This document shows, in pieces, positions 1-7,230 of a stretch of 31,627 bases of DNA. The notes under the pieces were generated by a model, which did no database searches, was not told where the DNA came from, and saw only the letters and a program-made list of their open reading frames with translations. The DNA comes from Candidatus Deferrimicrobiaceae bacterium. GTDB taxonomy: Bacteria > Desulfobacterota > Deferrimicrobia > Deferrimicrobiales > Deferrimicrobiaceae. How positions within the stretch are numbered: position 1 is the stretch's first letter; each line of letters begins with the position of its first letter. The stretch spans positions 1 through 31,627 of the forward strand of contig DASUAN010000342.1 of the NCBI GenBank assembly GCA_035763765.1. Reading direction: 5' to 3'. A program made the position numbers and the translations under genes.

Positions 1-336
1 TCGTAAACGCCAATAACCATAAGAACGGGTATCTTTTTTTTAAAAAGCCCAACGGGCAGCAAGCGCCCGTTTCCGTGGGTACATCTTCCGGATGAAGTTT
101 CCAAAACCGGCCTTTTATCCTTTAATTCAAACCCGTGCGATAGATTACAAGACTAACGAAGCCGGTCCCGGCGCCCCCGGCCTCGGGCGGAACCGATGCC
201 CATCCTCTCGCAGCAACGGACGGAAAAGCAAGCGGCTCCGCTGAGGCGTCGGACGCCGCCTGTCCCTCCCTGTTCCGAAGGGGTTCCGAAGGGTCCCCGC
301 AGGAGGGAGCATATGGCGAAGCCGATGTTTTCCGCT

Positions 337-342
337 TATAAT
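337..342 (+). promoter_or_regulatory. Perfect sigma70 -10 hexamer (TATAAT) upstream of livK; weak -35 candidate TGGCGA at 314-319 (17-nt spacer)
   Basis: TATAAT read directly at 337-342; would give a TSS near 349 and a ~75-nt 5'UTR containing hairpin 366-398. Confidence 0.45.
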
Positions 343-422
343 CAACTATTCATCCGCCCCCTGCCTTCCTGCCACTTCCGGGCACGGACGGGCAGGAAAC
401 CATACATCCGAGGAGAACGCCC

Positions 423-1568
423 ATGCAAGCAAGGAGGGTGGTACAGGGTCTTTTGTATGCGGCAGCCGTCATCCTGCTGACGGCCACGGGAACATTTTCT
501 GCAGAATCGCCCGCCTCCGGAAAGGGGAAGCCGGTCCCGGCGAAGATCGGCGTCATCTCCATCCTTACCGGCGCCGGCGCCGCCTACGGCGAGGCGATCA
601 CGAACGGGTTCAAGCTCGCCCGGGACGAGATCAACGCCAAGGGGGACGTACGGATCGAGCTGATCATCGAGGACTCCTCCGGAAAGCAGGAGCAGGCCCT
701 TGCCGCGGCGCAGAAACTGATCAACTCCGATCGGGTCACGGCGATCCTGGGGCCGACCCTGAGCACCGAGATGAAGGTCGTCGGGCCCGAGGCCGACGCC
801 AGCGGCGTGCCCATCATGGGGACCTCGAACACCGCCCAGGGGATCCCCCAGATCGGGAAATACGTCTTCCGGAACTCGATCCCCGAGTCCCAGGCGATCC
901 CCGCCTCCATCGGAAAGGCGATCAGGAAGTACAAGATCCAGAAGGTCGCCCTTTTGTACGGCAACGACGACGTCTTCACGAAGTCGGGGTTCGACACGAT
1001 GAAGGAGGTGTCGGAGAAGATGAAGCTCTCCATCCTCGCCGAGGAGACCTTCCAGAAGGGGCAGGCCGACTACAAGGCCCAGCTCACCAAGATCAAGAGC
1101 CTCTCGCCCGATGCCGTCTTCTGCTCCGCCCTGTACGAGGAAGGCGCCGTGATCCTGTCCCAGGCGAGGAAGATGGGAATCCGCGTCCCCTTCGTCGGGG
1201 GGAACGGCTTCAACTCTCCCAAGGTGATCGAGATCGCCAAGGATGCCGCGGAGGGGCTCGTCGTCGCCACCCCCTGGTTCGGGGAGAAGGACGACCCGAT
1301 GGTCAAGGCGTTCGTCGCCAAATACGCGAAGACCTACGGGAAGAAACCGGACCAGTTCGCGGCCCAGGCGTATGACGGCCTCTACGTCATGGCGGAGGCG
1401 TTCAAGCGCGCCGGGAAGGCCGACCGAAGCGCGGTCCGCGACGCCCTGGCGGGGATCCGCAACTACGACGGCGTGCTCGGACGCTTCTCCTTCACGGAGG
1501 ATGGAGACGTCAGCATGGAGCCCGCCGTTCTCGTGGTCAAGGGCGGGAAGTTCCAGCCCTTCGAGTAA
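423..1568 (+). CDS. livK: Branched-chain amino acid (HAAT family) ABC transporter substrate-binding protein, LivK/LivJ-like
   Basis: Signal peptide; KIGVISILTGAGAAYG, IEDSSGKQEQA, AILGP and AAQAYDG motifs of PBP1 Leu/Ile/Val-binding proteins; SD AGGAG at 411-415; first gene of a complete operon. Confidence 0.9.
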   Translation: MQARRVVQGLLYAAAVILLTATGTFSAESPASGKGKPVPAKIGVISILTGAGAAYGEAITNGFKLARDEINAKGDVRIELIIEDSSGKQEQALAAAQKLINSDRVTAILGPTLSTEMKVVGPEADASGVPIMGTSNTAQGIPQIGKYVFRNSIPESQAIPASIGKAIRKYKIQKVALLYGNDDVFTKSGFDTMKEVSEKMKLSILAEETFQKGQADYKAQLTKIKSLSPDAVFCSALYEEGAVILSQARKMGIRVPFVGGNGFNSPKVIEIAKDAAEGLVVATPWFGEKDDPMVKAFVAKYAKTYGKKPDQFAAQAYDGLYVMAEAFKRAGKADRSAVRDALAGIRNYDGVLGRFSFTEDGDVSMEPAVLVVKGGKFQPFE

Positions 1569-1595
1569 CCGCCGGGAAAGGCGCAGGACCGGAGC

Positions 1596-2477
1596 GTGTT
1601 CGCCGAGCAGCTGATCAACGGGGTGACGCTGGGCAGCATCTACGCCATCGTGGCGCTCGGGTACACGCTCGTCTTCGGGGTCCTCGACATCATCAACATG
1701 GCCCACGGGGAGATCTTCATGTTCGGGGCGTTCATCGGGATGACGGTCGTCACCTCGATCGGCGCCCCCCTCTGGGCCGGATTCCTCGGGGCGATGCTGG
1801 CGACCGCCGCCCTCGGGTACCTGCTGGAACGCTTTGCCCTCCGTCCGCTTCGCGGAAAGAGCGGCGCCTCGGCCCTCGCGCCGCTGATCAGCACGATCGG
1901 GGTTTCCATCCTGCTGGAGAATGTCGCGCACAAGCTCTTCGGGGCGGGGAACCACCTCTTTGAAACCCCCTTCGCCGAGATCCGGTTCCAGGTCGGATCG
2001 TTCACCGTCTACCTGGTACAGGCGGTCATCCTGGGGATCGCCGTCCTCCTGATGGCCGGGCTCTCCCTCTGGCTCTACCGGACGAAGGCGGGGAAAGCGC
2101 TTCGCGCCACCGCGGAAAGCCTCGAGACGGCGGGCATCCTCGGAATCGACACCACGCGGATGATCACGGCGACGGTGGTCATCGCCTCCGTGATGGGAGG
2201 CATCGCGGGAGTTTTGGTCGGGATGGCCTTCAACTACATCAACAACCAGATGGGACTGCCCATGGGGCTGAAAGGCCTGGCGATCATCATCTTCGGGGGA
2301 ATGGGGAGCGTTCCCGGCGCGGTGGCCGGCGGAATCCTCCTGGGACTCTCGGAGACCTTCATGGTCGCCTACGGGAGCTCCGGATACCGGGACGCCATCG
2401 CCTTCTTCATCATCATCGCGGTCCTCCTCGTCAGGCCCCAGGGGCTGTTCGGGGGAACAGCGGCCGAATCGAGGTAA
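1596..2477 (+). CDS. livH: Branched-chain amino acid ABC transporter permease LivH
   Basis: QLINGVTLGSIYAIVALGYTLVFGVLDIINMAHGE and GKALRATAE signatures; GTG start. Confidence 0.93.
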   Translation: MFAEQLINGVTLGSIYAIVALGYTLVFGVLDIINMAHGEIFMFGAFIGMTVVTSIGAPLWAGFLGAMLATAALGYLLERFALRPLRGKSGASALAPLISTIGVSILLENVAHKLFGAGNHLFETPFAEIRFQVGSFTVYLVQAVILGIAVLLMAGLSLWLYRTKAGKALRATAESLETAGILGIDTTRMITATVVIASVMGGIAGVLVGMAFNYINNQMGLPMGLKGLAIIIFGGMGSVPGAVAGGILLGLSETFMVAYGSSGYRDAIAFFIIIAVLLVRPQGLFGGTAAESR

Positions 2478-2480
2478 GGC

Positions 2481-3428
2481 GTGTCGCTTTCGTGGATCAA
2501 CCCCTACTACCTCCTCGTCTCCTCCTTCCTCCTGATCAATGTTCTCCTGGGAGTGAGCATTTATATCACCCTATCGACCGGCCAGCTGTCCCTGGGCAAC
2601 GCCGGGTTCATGAGCATCGGGGCCTACACGACCGCGATCCTCACCACTCGTCATGGGATCCCGATGCCGGCGGGAATCGCGGCCGGCACTCTCCTCGCCG
2701 CCATCACCGGGATCCTCGTGGGAATCCCCGCCCTTCGCCTGAAGGGAGTCTATCTGGCCATCGCCACCCTCGGATTCGGGGAAGTGGTTCGGGTTCTCTT
2801 CGTCAACTGGGAGAAACTGACCGGCGGCGCCGTCGGGATCGCCGCCATTCCGCAGATGGGGAGAAGGATCCTCTCGATCTTCCGGGACACGGGGTTTTCC
2901 CCGGAGGATTGGGGACTGAGAAGCAACCAGTTCATTAGTCTCACCGTCTTTTTCCTCCTTCTGGCGGTCACCGTCCTGGTCATCCTGTTCTTTCTCCGTC
3001 TCGGTTCGGGAAGGGTCGGCCGGGCCTACAGCGCGATCCGGATGGACGAACCGGCGGCGGAAGCGTCCGGGATCAACACTACCTACTACAAGGTGCTTGC
3101 TTTCACCCAGGGGGCTGCGCTCTCCGGGTTCGCCGGCGCCCTCTTCGCTCACGTCACCTCCTACATCAGCCCGGCGGACTTCACCTACCACCGGGCGGTC
3201 GAGATCCTGGTGTTCGCGATCTTCGGGGGAAGCGAGCACCTGCTCGGTCCGGTGTTCGGGGCGATGTTCCTGACCGCGGTTCCCGAGCTTCTCCGCCCGG
3301 TGAGCGGCTACCGGAACATCCTTTACGGAATCGTCTTGATCCTGGTGATCATTTTCCGCCCGCAAGGGTGGATCGACCCTCCCCTGATCCGGCGCCTTCG
3401 CGGGGGCCGGACCCCGGAGTCGAGGTGA
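2481..3428 (+). CDS. livM: Branched-chain amino acid ABC transporter permease LivM
   Basis: GQLSLGNAGFMSIGAY, LRLKGVYLAIATLGFGE and GRAYSAIRMDEPAAEASGIN motifs. Confidence 0.93.
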   Translation: MSLSWINPYYLLVSSFLLINVLLGVSIYITLSTGQLSLGNAGFMSIGAYTTAILTTRHGIPMPAGIAAGTLLAAITGILVGIPALRLKGVYLAIATLGFGEVVRVLFVNWEKLTGGAVGIAAIPQMGRRILSIFRDTGFSPEDWGLRSNQFISLTVFFLLLAVTVLVILFFLRLGSGRVGRAYSAIRMDEPAAEASGINTTYYKVLAFTQGAALSGFAGALFAHVTSYISPADFTYHRAVEILVFAIFGGSEHLLGPVFGAMFLTAVPELLRPVSGYRNILYGIVLILVIIFRPQGWIDPPLIRRLRGGRTPESR

Positions 3429-4205
3429 ATGGAGATGTTGACCCTCGCATCCGTCGGGAAGAATTTCGGCGGGCTCACCGCTCTGTCGGACATTTCCTTC
3501 TCCGTAAACGAAGGAGAGATCCTCGGCCTGATCGGTCCCAACGGCGCGGGGAAGACCACCCTGTTCCATGTCATCACCTCGGTTCTCCGCCCGACGCGGG
3601 GAGAAATCCTCTTTTCGGGAGAACGGATCACGGGGCTTCGCGCCCACCTCATCGCCCGGAAGGGAATCGGGCGTACCTTCCAGAACATCCGGCTCTTCGA
3701 CCGGATGACGGTCCTGGAGAACGTCATGGTCGGCCGCCACGGGAAAAGCCGGACCGGCACTTGGGGGGCGGTCTTCCGGACCCGGAGCGAGCGGGAGGAG
3801 GAGCGCCGGATCCGGGAGAAGGCCCGCGAACTCCTCCGGTTCGTAGGCCTGTCGGGAGAGGAGGGAATGCCGGCCGGAAAGCTTCCGTACGGCAGGAAGC
3901 GGAGGCTGGAAGTCGCGCGCGCCCTTGCCGGGGAGCCCCGGCTGCTTCTGCTGGATGAACCGGTCGCCGGGATGAACGACGCCGAGACGCGGGAGATCCA
4001 CGAACTGATCCTCTCGATCCGCGGCCTGGGCATCACGGTCGTTCTGATCGAGCACGACATGTCGCTGGTCATGCGGGTGTGCGACCGACTGGTGGTCCTG
4101 AATTTCGGGCAGAAGATCGCGGAAGGGACCCCGGGGGAGATCCGGGAGGATCCCGTGGTGATCGAAGCCTACCTCGGTCGCGAGGAGGAAGACGGCGGTG
4201 CTTGA
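3429..4205 (+). CDS. livG: Branched-chain amino acid ABC transporter ATP-binding protein LivG
   Basis: Walker A GPNGAGKTT, GIGRTFQNIRLF, LPYGRKRRLEVARALA, LLLLDEP, IEHDM, EAYLG. Confidence 0.95.
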   Translation: MEMLTLASVGKNFGGLTALSDISFSVNEGEILGLIGPNGAGKTTLFHVITSVLRPTRGEILFSGERITGLRAHLIARKGIGRTFQNIRLFDRMTVLENVMVGRHGKSRTGTWGAVFRTRSEREEERRIREKARELLRFVGLSGEEGMPAGKLPYGRKRRLEVARALAGEPRLLLLDEPVAGMNDAETREIHELILSIRGLGITVVLIEHDMSLVMRVCDRLVVLNFGQKIAEGTPGEIREDPVVIEAYLGREEEDGGA

Positions 4206-4905
4206 GGTCCGCGGACTCGAGGCGAACTACGGGAGCATCCAGGCGCTGAAAGGGATCGACCTGACCGTCGAGGAGGGGACGATCGCTTGCATGATCGGGG
4301 CGAACGGCGCCGGGAAGACAACCTTCATGAGGACGGTAGCCGGACTGCACGCGCCCGCCGGAGGCAAGGTCCTGTACCGGGGGGAAGAGATCACGGGACT
4401 CCCCCCGGCGCAGGTGGTCCGGAAAGGGATCGTCCTGGTCCCGGAAGGAAGGGCGATCCTCTCCCGCATGACCGTGCTCGAGAACCTGGAGATGGGCGCC
4501 TACCCCCGGGGGGACGGCGAGGTGACGCAGGACCTGGAGAGGGTCATGAACCGCTTTCCGGTCCTCGGAGAGCGAATCCGCCAGCGGGGGGGATCATTGT
4601 CCGGAGGCGAGCAGCAGATGCTCGCGATCGCCAGGGCCCTGCTGGCCCGCCCCCGCCTGCTTCTCTTGGACGAACCGTCCCTGGGTCTGGCTCCGCTGGT
4701 CGTGAGCGCCATCTTCCGGATCATCCGGGAGATCAACCAGGAGGGGACCACGGTCCTGCTCGTGGAACAGAATGTCCGGCAGGCGCTGAAGGCCTCCCGA
4801 CACGCCTACGTCCTCGAGACCGGCAGGATCGTGCACCGCGGCTCCTCGAAGGACCTGCTGAACGACCCCCGGATCATGCAGGCCTACCTCGGAGGGCCAT
4901 CGTAG
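4198..4905 (+). CDS. livF: Branched-chain amino acid ABC transporter ATP-binding protein LivF
   Basis: GANGAGKTT, VPEGR, LSGGEQQMLAIARAL, LDEPSLGLAP, LVEQN; GTG start overlapping the livG stop. Confidence 0.95.
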   Translation: MLEVRGLEANYGSIQALKGIDLTVEEGTIACMIGANGAGKTTFMRTVAGLHAPAGGKVLYRGEEITGLPPAQVVRKGIVLVPEGRAILSRMTVLENLEMGAYPRGDGEVTQDLERVMNRFPVLGERIRQRGGSLSGGEQQMLAIARALLARPRLLLLDEPSLGLAPLVVSAIFRIIREINQEGTTVLLVEQNVRQALKASRHAYVLETGRIVHRGSSKDLLNDPRIMQAYLGGPS

Positions 4906-4985
4906 AGCACCCCGGAATCCGTCCAAAGGCGTATCCTTTTCCGCCTCCGGCCCGTCTACGCAATTACGGAAAGGAGGTGATCCCG

Positions 4986-5243
4986 ATGACAGGCCTGGAA
5001 AGTTTTTGGCACTCCTTCTGGTGGGTGATCCCGCTCCTCTTGATGATCCTCTGCTGCATCGGAATGGGAAGGAGGAGAGGGGCCGGAATCTGCGGCTTCC
5101 GGTCGTGGGGGGCCGATTCGCGAAACCTCCGTCCGTCGGATTCGGCAATCGACATCCTTGACAAACGATACGCTCTCGGAGAGATCGATCGCGAAGAGTA
5201 CGAGGAGAGAAAGCGATCCCTCGGCGAGGGACGGAGCCGGTGA
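4986..5243 (+). CDS. Small membrane protein with C-terminal SHOCT domain (85 aa)
   Basis: Strong SD AAGGAGGT at 4971-4978; N-terminal TM segment (FWWVIPLLLMILCCIGM); SAIDILDKRYALGEIDREEYEERKRSL is a typical SHOCT pattern. In the ORF track it appears only as the tail of the 4287..5243 ORF. Confidence 0.8.
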   Translation: MTGLESFWHSFWWVIPLLLMILCCIGMGRRRGAGICGFRSWGADSRNLRPSDSAIDILDKRYALGEIDREEYEERKRSLGEGRSR

Positions 5244-5296
5244 TGGTTTTCCAAACCATTTCATAACAAACGGAAATTTTGAAACGGGAGGTTTTG

Positions 5297-5539
5297 ATGG
5301 AACGAACGGCAGGAGTCATCGCAAGCGGTAACGGTACGGACCGGGGGCGGGTATCCGGGTTCAAAAGGGCCCGAGCGAAGATCTGCGAACACTGCCCCTT
5401 CTGCATTCACGCCCGGAAGAATCCGGACTCCACGATCGGAAAGATATTGCACCATAGGTTCCACTCCGAGCACTGGCCGCTGTGGACCGCTTACAGGGAT
5501 GTCTATGGGCAGAGCAACGATCCGGGGACGGATTTTTGA
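5297..5539 (+). CDS. Small hypothetical protein with CxxCxxC motif (80 aa)
   Basis: SD GGGAGG at 5286-5291 before ATG 5297; CEHCPFC motif and His-rich segment HHRFHSEH. Confidence 0.6.
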   Translation: MERTAGVIASGNGTDRGRVSGFKRARAKICEHCPFCIHARKNPDSTIGKILHHRFHSEHWPLWTAYRDVYGQSNDPGTDF

Positions 5540-5579
5540 TCGGAAACGACGGATTCTTAACCCGAGGGAGGATCACGCG

Positions 5580-5885
5580 ATGGAAAGAAGGAAGAAGATG
5601 TTCGAGAGCATGCTGGGAGAGAGGAACGAGAAGGAAAAGGAGGGACTCATGGAAACGTGCCTTTCGTTCCTGAAGGGACAAGCAAGCGACAACGATAGGG
5701 AACGCGAAGAGAAGAACAAGGAAGAAGCGGCTCGTCCACCGGACAGGAGCCGGTTTGCGGGATGCTGCCCGGAAACGATGGAACGATTCTTCGAGAAAAT
5801 GCAGGAATGCTTCGCGGAGAAGGGGAAGGACGAAAAGGAAGGCAAGGAGGGGAAGACCGAAAGAACCGCCTGCTGCTCCGGATAA
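5580..5885 (+). CDS. Highly charged hypothetical protein with two CC pairs (101 aa)
   Basis: SD GAGGGAGG before ATG 5580; purine-rich coding pattern; GCCPETM and terminal ACCSG; followed by a terminator hairpin. Confidence 0.65.
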   Translation: MERRKKMFESMLGERNEKEKEGLMETCLSFLKGQASDNDREREEKNKEEAARPPDRSRFAGCCPETMERFFEKMQECFAEKGKDEKEGKEGKTERTACCSG

Positions 5886-5911
5886 CGGCGACTCTCCCCA
5901 AACCAAACAAA

Positions 5912-5943
5912 AAAACCGGCCTTGACGGTTCAAGGCCGGTTTT
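5912..5943. terminator. Probable bidirectional intrinsic terminator between the small-ORF cluster and tRNA-Asn
   Basis: Perfect 14-bp inverted repeat AAAACCGGCCTTGA / TCAAGGCCGGTTTT with 4-nt loop; long U-tract on the minus strand, short one on the plus strand. Confidence 0.85.
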
Positions 5944-5954
5944 CCCATTCCAAA

Positions 5955-6030
5955 TGGCTCCCCGGGCAGGACTCGAACCTGCAACCTAGTGGTTAACAGC
6001 CACCCGCTCTGCCGGTTGAGCTACCGGGGA
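5955..6030 (-). tRNA. tRNA-Asn (anticodon GTT), 76 nt, CCA encoded
   Basis: Reverse complement folds as a cloverleaf: acceptor TCCCCGG/CCGGGGA, D arm GCTC/GAGC, anticodon loop CTGTTAA, T arm GCAGG-TTCGAGT-CCTGC, 3' GCCA. Confidence 0.98.
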
Positions 6031-6050
6031 ACGAAAAACGGCAGACAAGA

Positions 6051-6080
6051 ACTATAATCCCGCGTCCCGCACGGCGTCAA
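6051..6080 (-). promoter_or_regulatory. sigma70-type promoter of tRNA-Asn
   Basis: Minus strand TTGACG (6075-6080), 18-nt spacer, TATAGT (6051-6056), 20 nt upstream of the tRNA 5' end. Confidence 0.7.
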
Positions 6081-7174
6081 GCGGGATTGCGCGACCGGAA
6101 GAAGTCCTCCACCAAAGCCGCCACGGCGGCGCATTCCAGCCCGAAGGGGAGGTACCCGGAATACCCCAGGACCGGCATCTCGAAGAGGAGAAACCTCTGA
6201 ACGAAGGGGATCGAGTACTCCCACTTCGCGAGACTGTAATAATTCCACATCTCCCAAAAAAATCCGCAAAAGAGGGCCGCCAGACCGAACCCGACGATCT
6301 CCCGCCAGTCGCCTTCCGCGGCCCCGGACAGGAGGTGCCGCCTCCCGGCGATCCCGTCCAAGGCCACCAGGATGATCAGGGGGGAAACCCAGAGGAGGGA
6401 GTAGAGCAGGTCGGGCAGGACGCCGATGCCGGCCAGGCCCCCCCCGGCGGCCGCCAGAAGCGCCCAGGACACCGCGCGGGAACGCGCGATCTTCACGGCA
6501 AAAACGTTCCGGAAAGGGGAATCGAACCGGGGAAAGGTCCCGAGCCATTCCCGGGTCGAGAGAACCGCGGGGAGAACGGTGGAAAAGGGGAGGGTCGCCA
6601 GCCAGAAATATTCCCACCCGCCGTACGCCCTCGAGTCGAGGTAGTACCAGTTCTGGACGAAGCGGTTCAGGAACTCGAAGGACCACCAGAAGGCGGCGCT
6701 CGCCGGGAAGAGCAGAAGAAAAAACCCCGGGCGGTCCGTCAAGAGGCATCTTCCCGCCCTGCGGTACGAAAGGGCGTTCACCACGACGACGAAGGAGAAC
6801 CAGAGCGGGGTGAAGGTGTGGGCCTGGAGCGGGGCGAACCAGGAGAATCGGGTCCAGGCCAGGATCCAGAACGCTACCCCGAAGACGATGCCTGCCCAAC
6901 CCCAAAACGGAAAGGGGCGCGCCTTCGGAGCCCCCGCCCCGGGCACGGGCCGGTGTCGGACCGCCCGCAGGACGAAAGGCGACAGGGGCACCAGGACCAT
7001 CAGTACGCCCAGGAGAAAAAGGGGACGGGAGAAGGGGGCGTGCTCCACGTACCGCGTGGTCGGGGGAAATTCGAGGTAGCGGGCCACCGGCTCCCCGGCG
7101 ATCCATATCCCGAGCGGCGGAAGGCCGAAGACCATCGCGGCGAGGACCAGGAGTTTCCGTAGGGGCCGTCTCAT
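6077..7174 (-). CDS. Polytopic membrane protein of unknown function with an apparent internal duplication
   Basis: About 8-9 hydrophobic segments; repeated motif FWWSFEFLNRFVQNWYY / FFWEMWNYYSLAKWEY; coherent 365-aa ORF. Confidence 0.75.
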   Translation of the reverse strand: MRRPLRKLLVLAAMVFGLPPLGIWIAGEPVARYLEFPPTTRYVEHAPFSRPLFLLGVLMVLVPLSPFVLRAVRHRPVPGAGAPKARPFPFWGWAGIVFGVAFWILAWTRFSWFAPLQAHTFTPLWFSFVVVVNALSYRRAGRCLLTDRPGFFLLLFPASAAFWWSFEFLNRFVQNWYYLDSRAYGGWEYFWLATLPFSTVLPAVLSTREWLGTFPRFDSPFRNVFAVKIARSRAVSWALLAAAGGGLAGIGVLPDLLYSLLWVSPLIILVALDGIAGRRHLLSGAAEGDWREIVGFGLAALFCGFFWEMWNYYSLAKWEYSIPFVQRFLLFEMPVLGYSGYLPFGLECAAVAALVEDFFRSRNPA

Positions 7175-7230
7175 CTGCGCAGCTTAGGAGGGCCCGCTAA
7201 CCTGCCGGGGAGCGTCGATCCGTTTCGTCC

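Noticed and set aside
279-300. Resemblance to the ykkC/ppGpp riboswitch core (AGGGTTCCG...GGTCC)
   Set aside because: The 3' ykkC elements (ACAC...GGG-AYAAAA-GCCCG-type P3) are absent; the match is explained by the tandem repeat/hairpin
435-448. T-box-like sequence AGGGTGGTACAGGG near a branched-chain amino acid transporter
   Set aside because: Lies inside the livK signal-peptide codons, has ACA instead of the conserved ACC, and I see no Stem I (AG box, specifier loop) upstream or terminator downstream
5241-5260. Selenocysteine read-through of the SHOCT TGA followed by a hairpin
   Set aside because: Hairpin begins in the stop codon rather than at SECIS spacing, the frame closes again 13 codons later, and the SHOCT domain is already complete
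4906-6030. Integrative element at tRNA-Asn
   Set aside because: No integrase and no second copy of the tRNA 3' end (att repeat) found by eye; kept only as a possible islet
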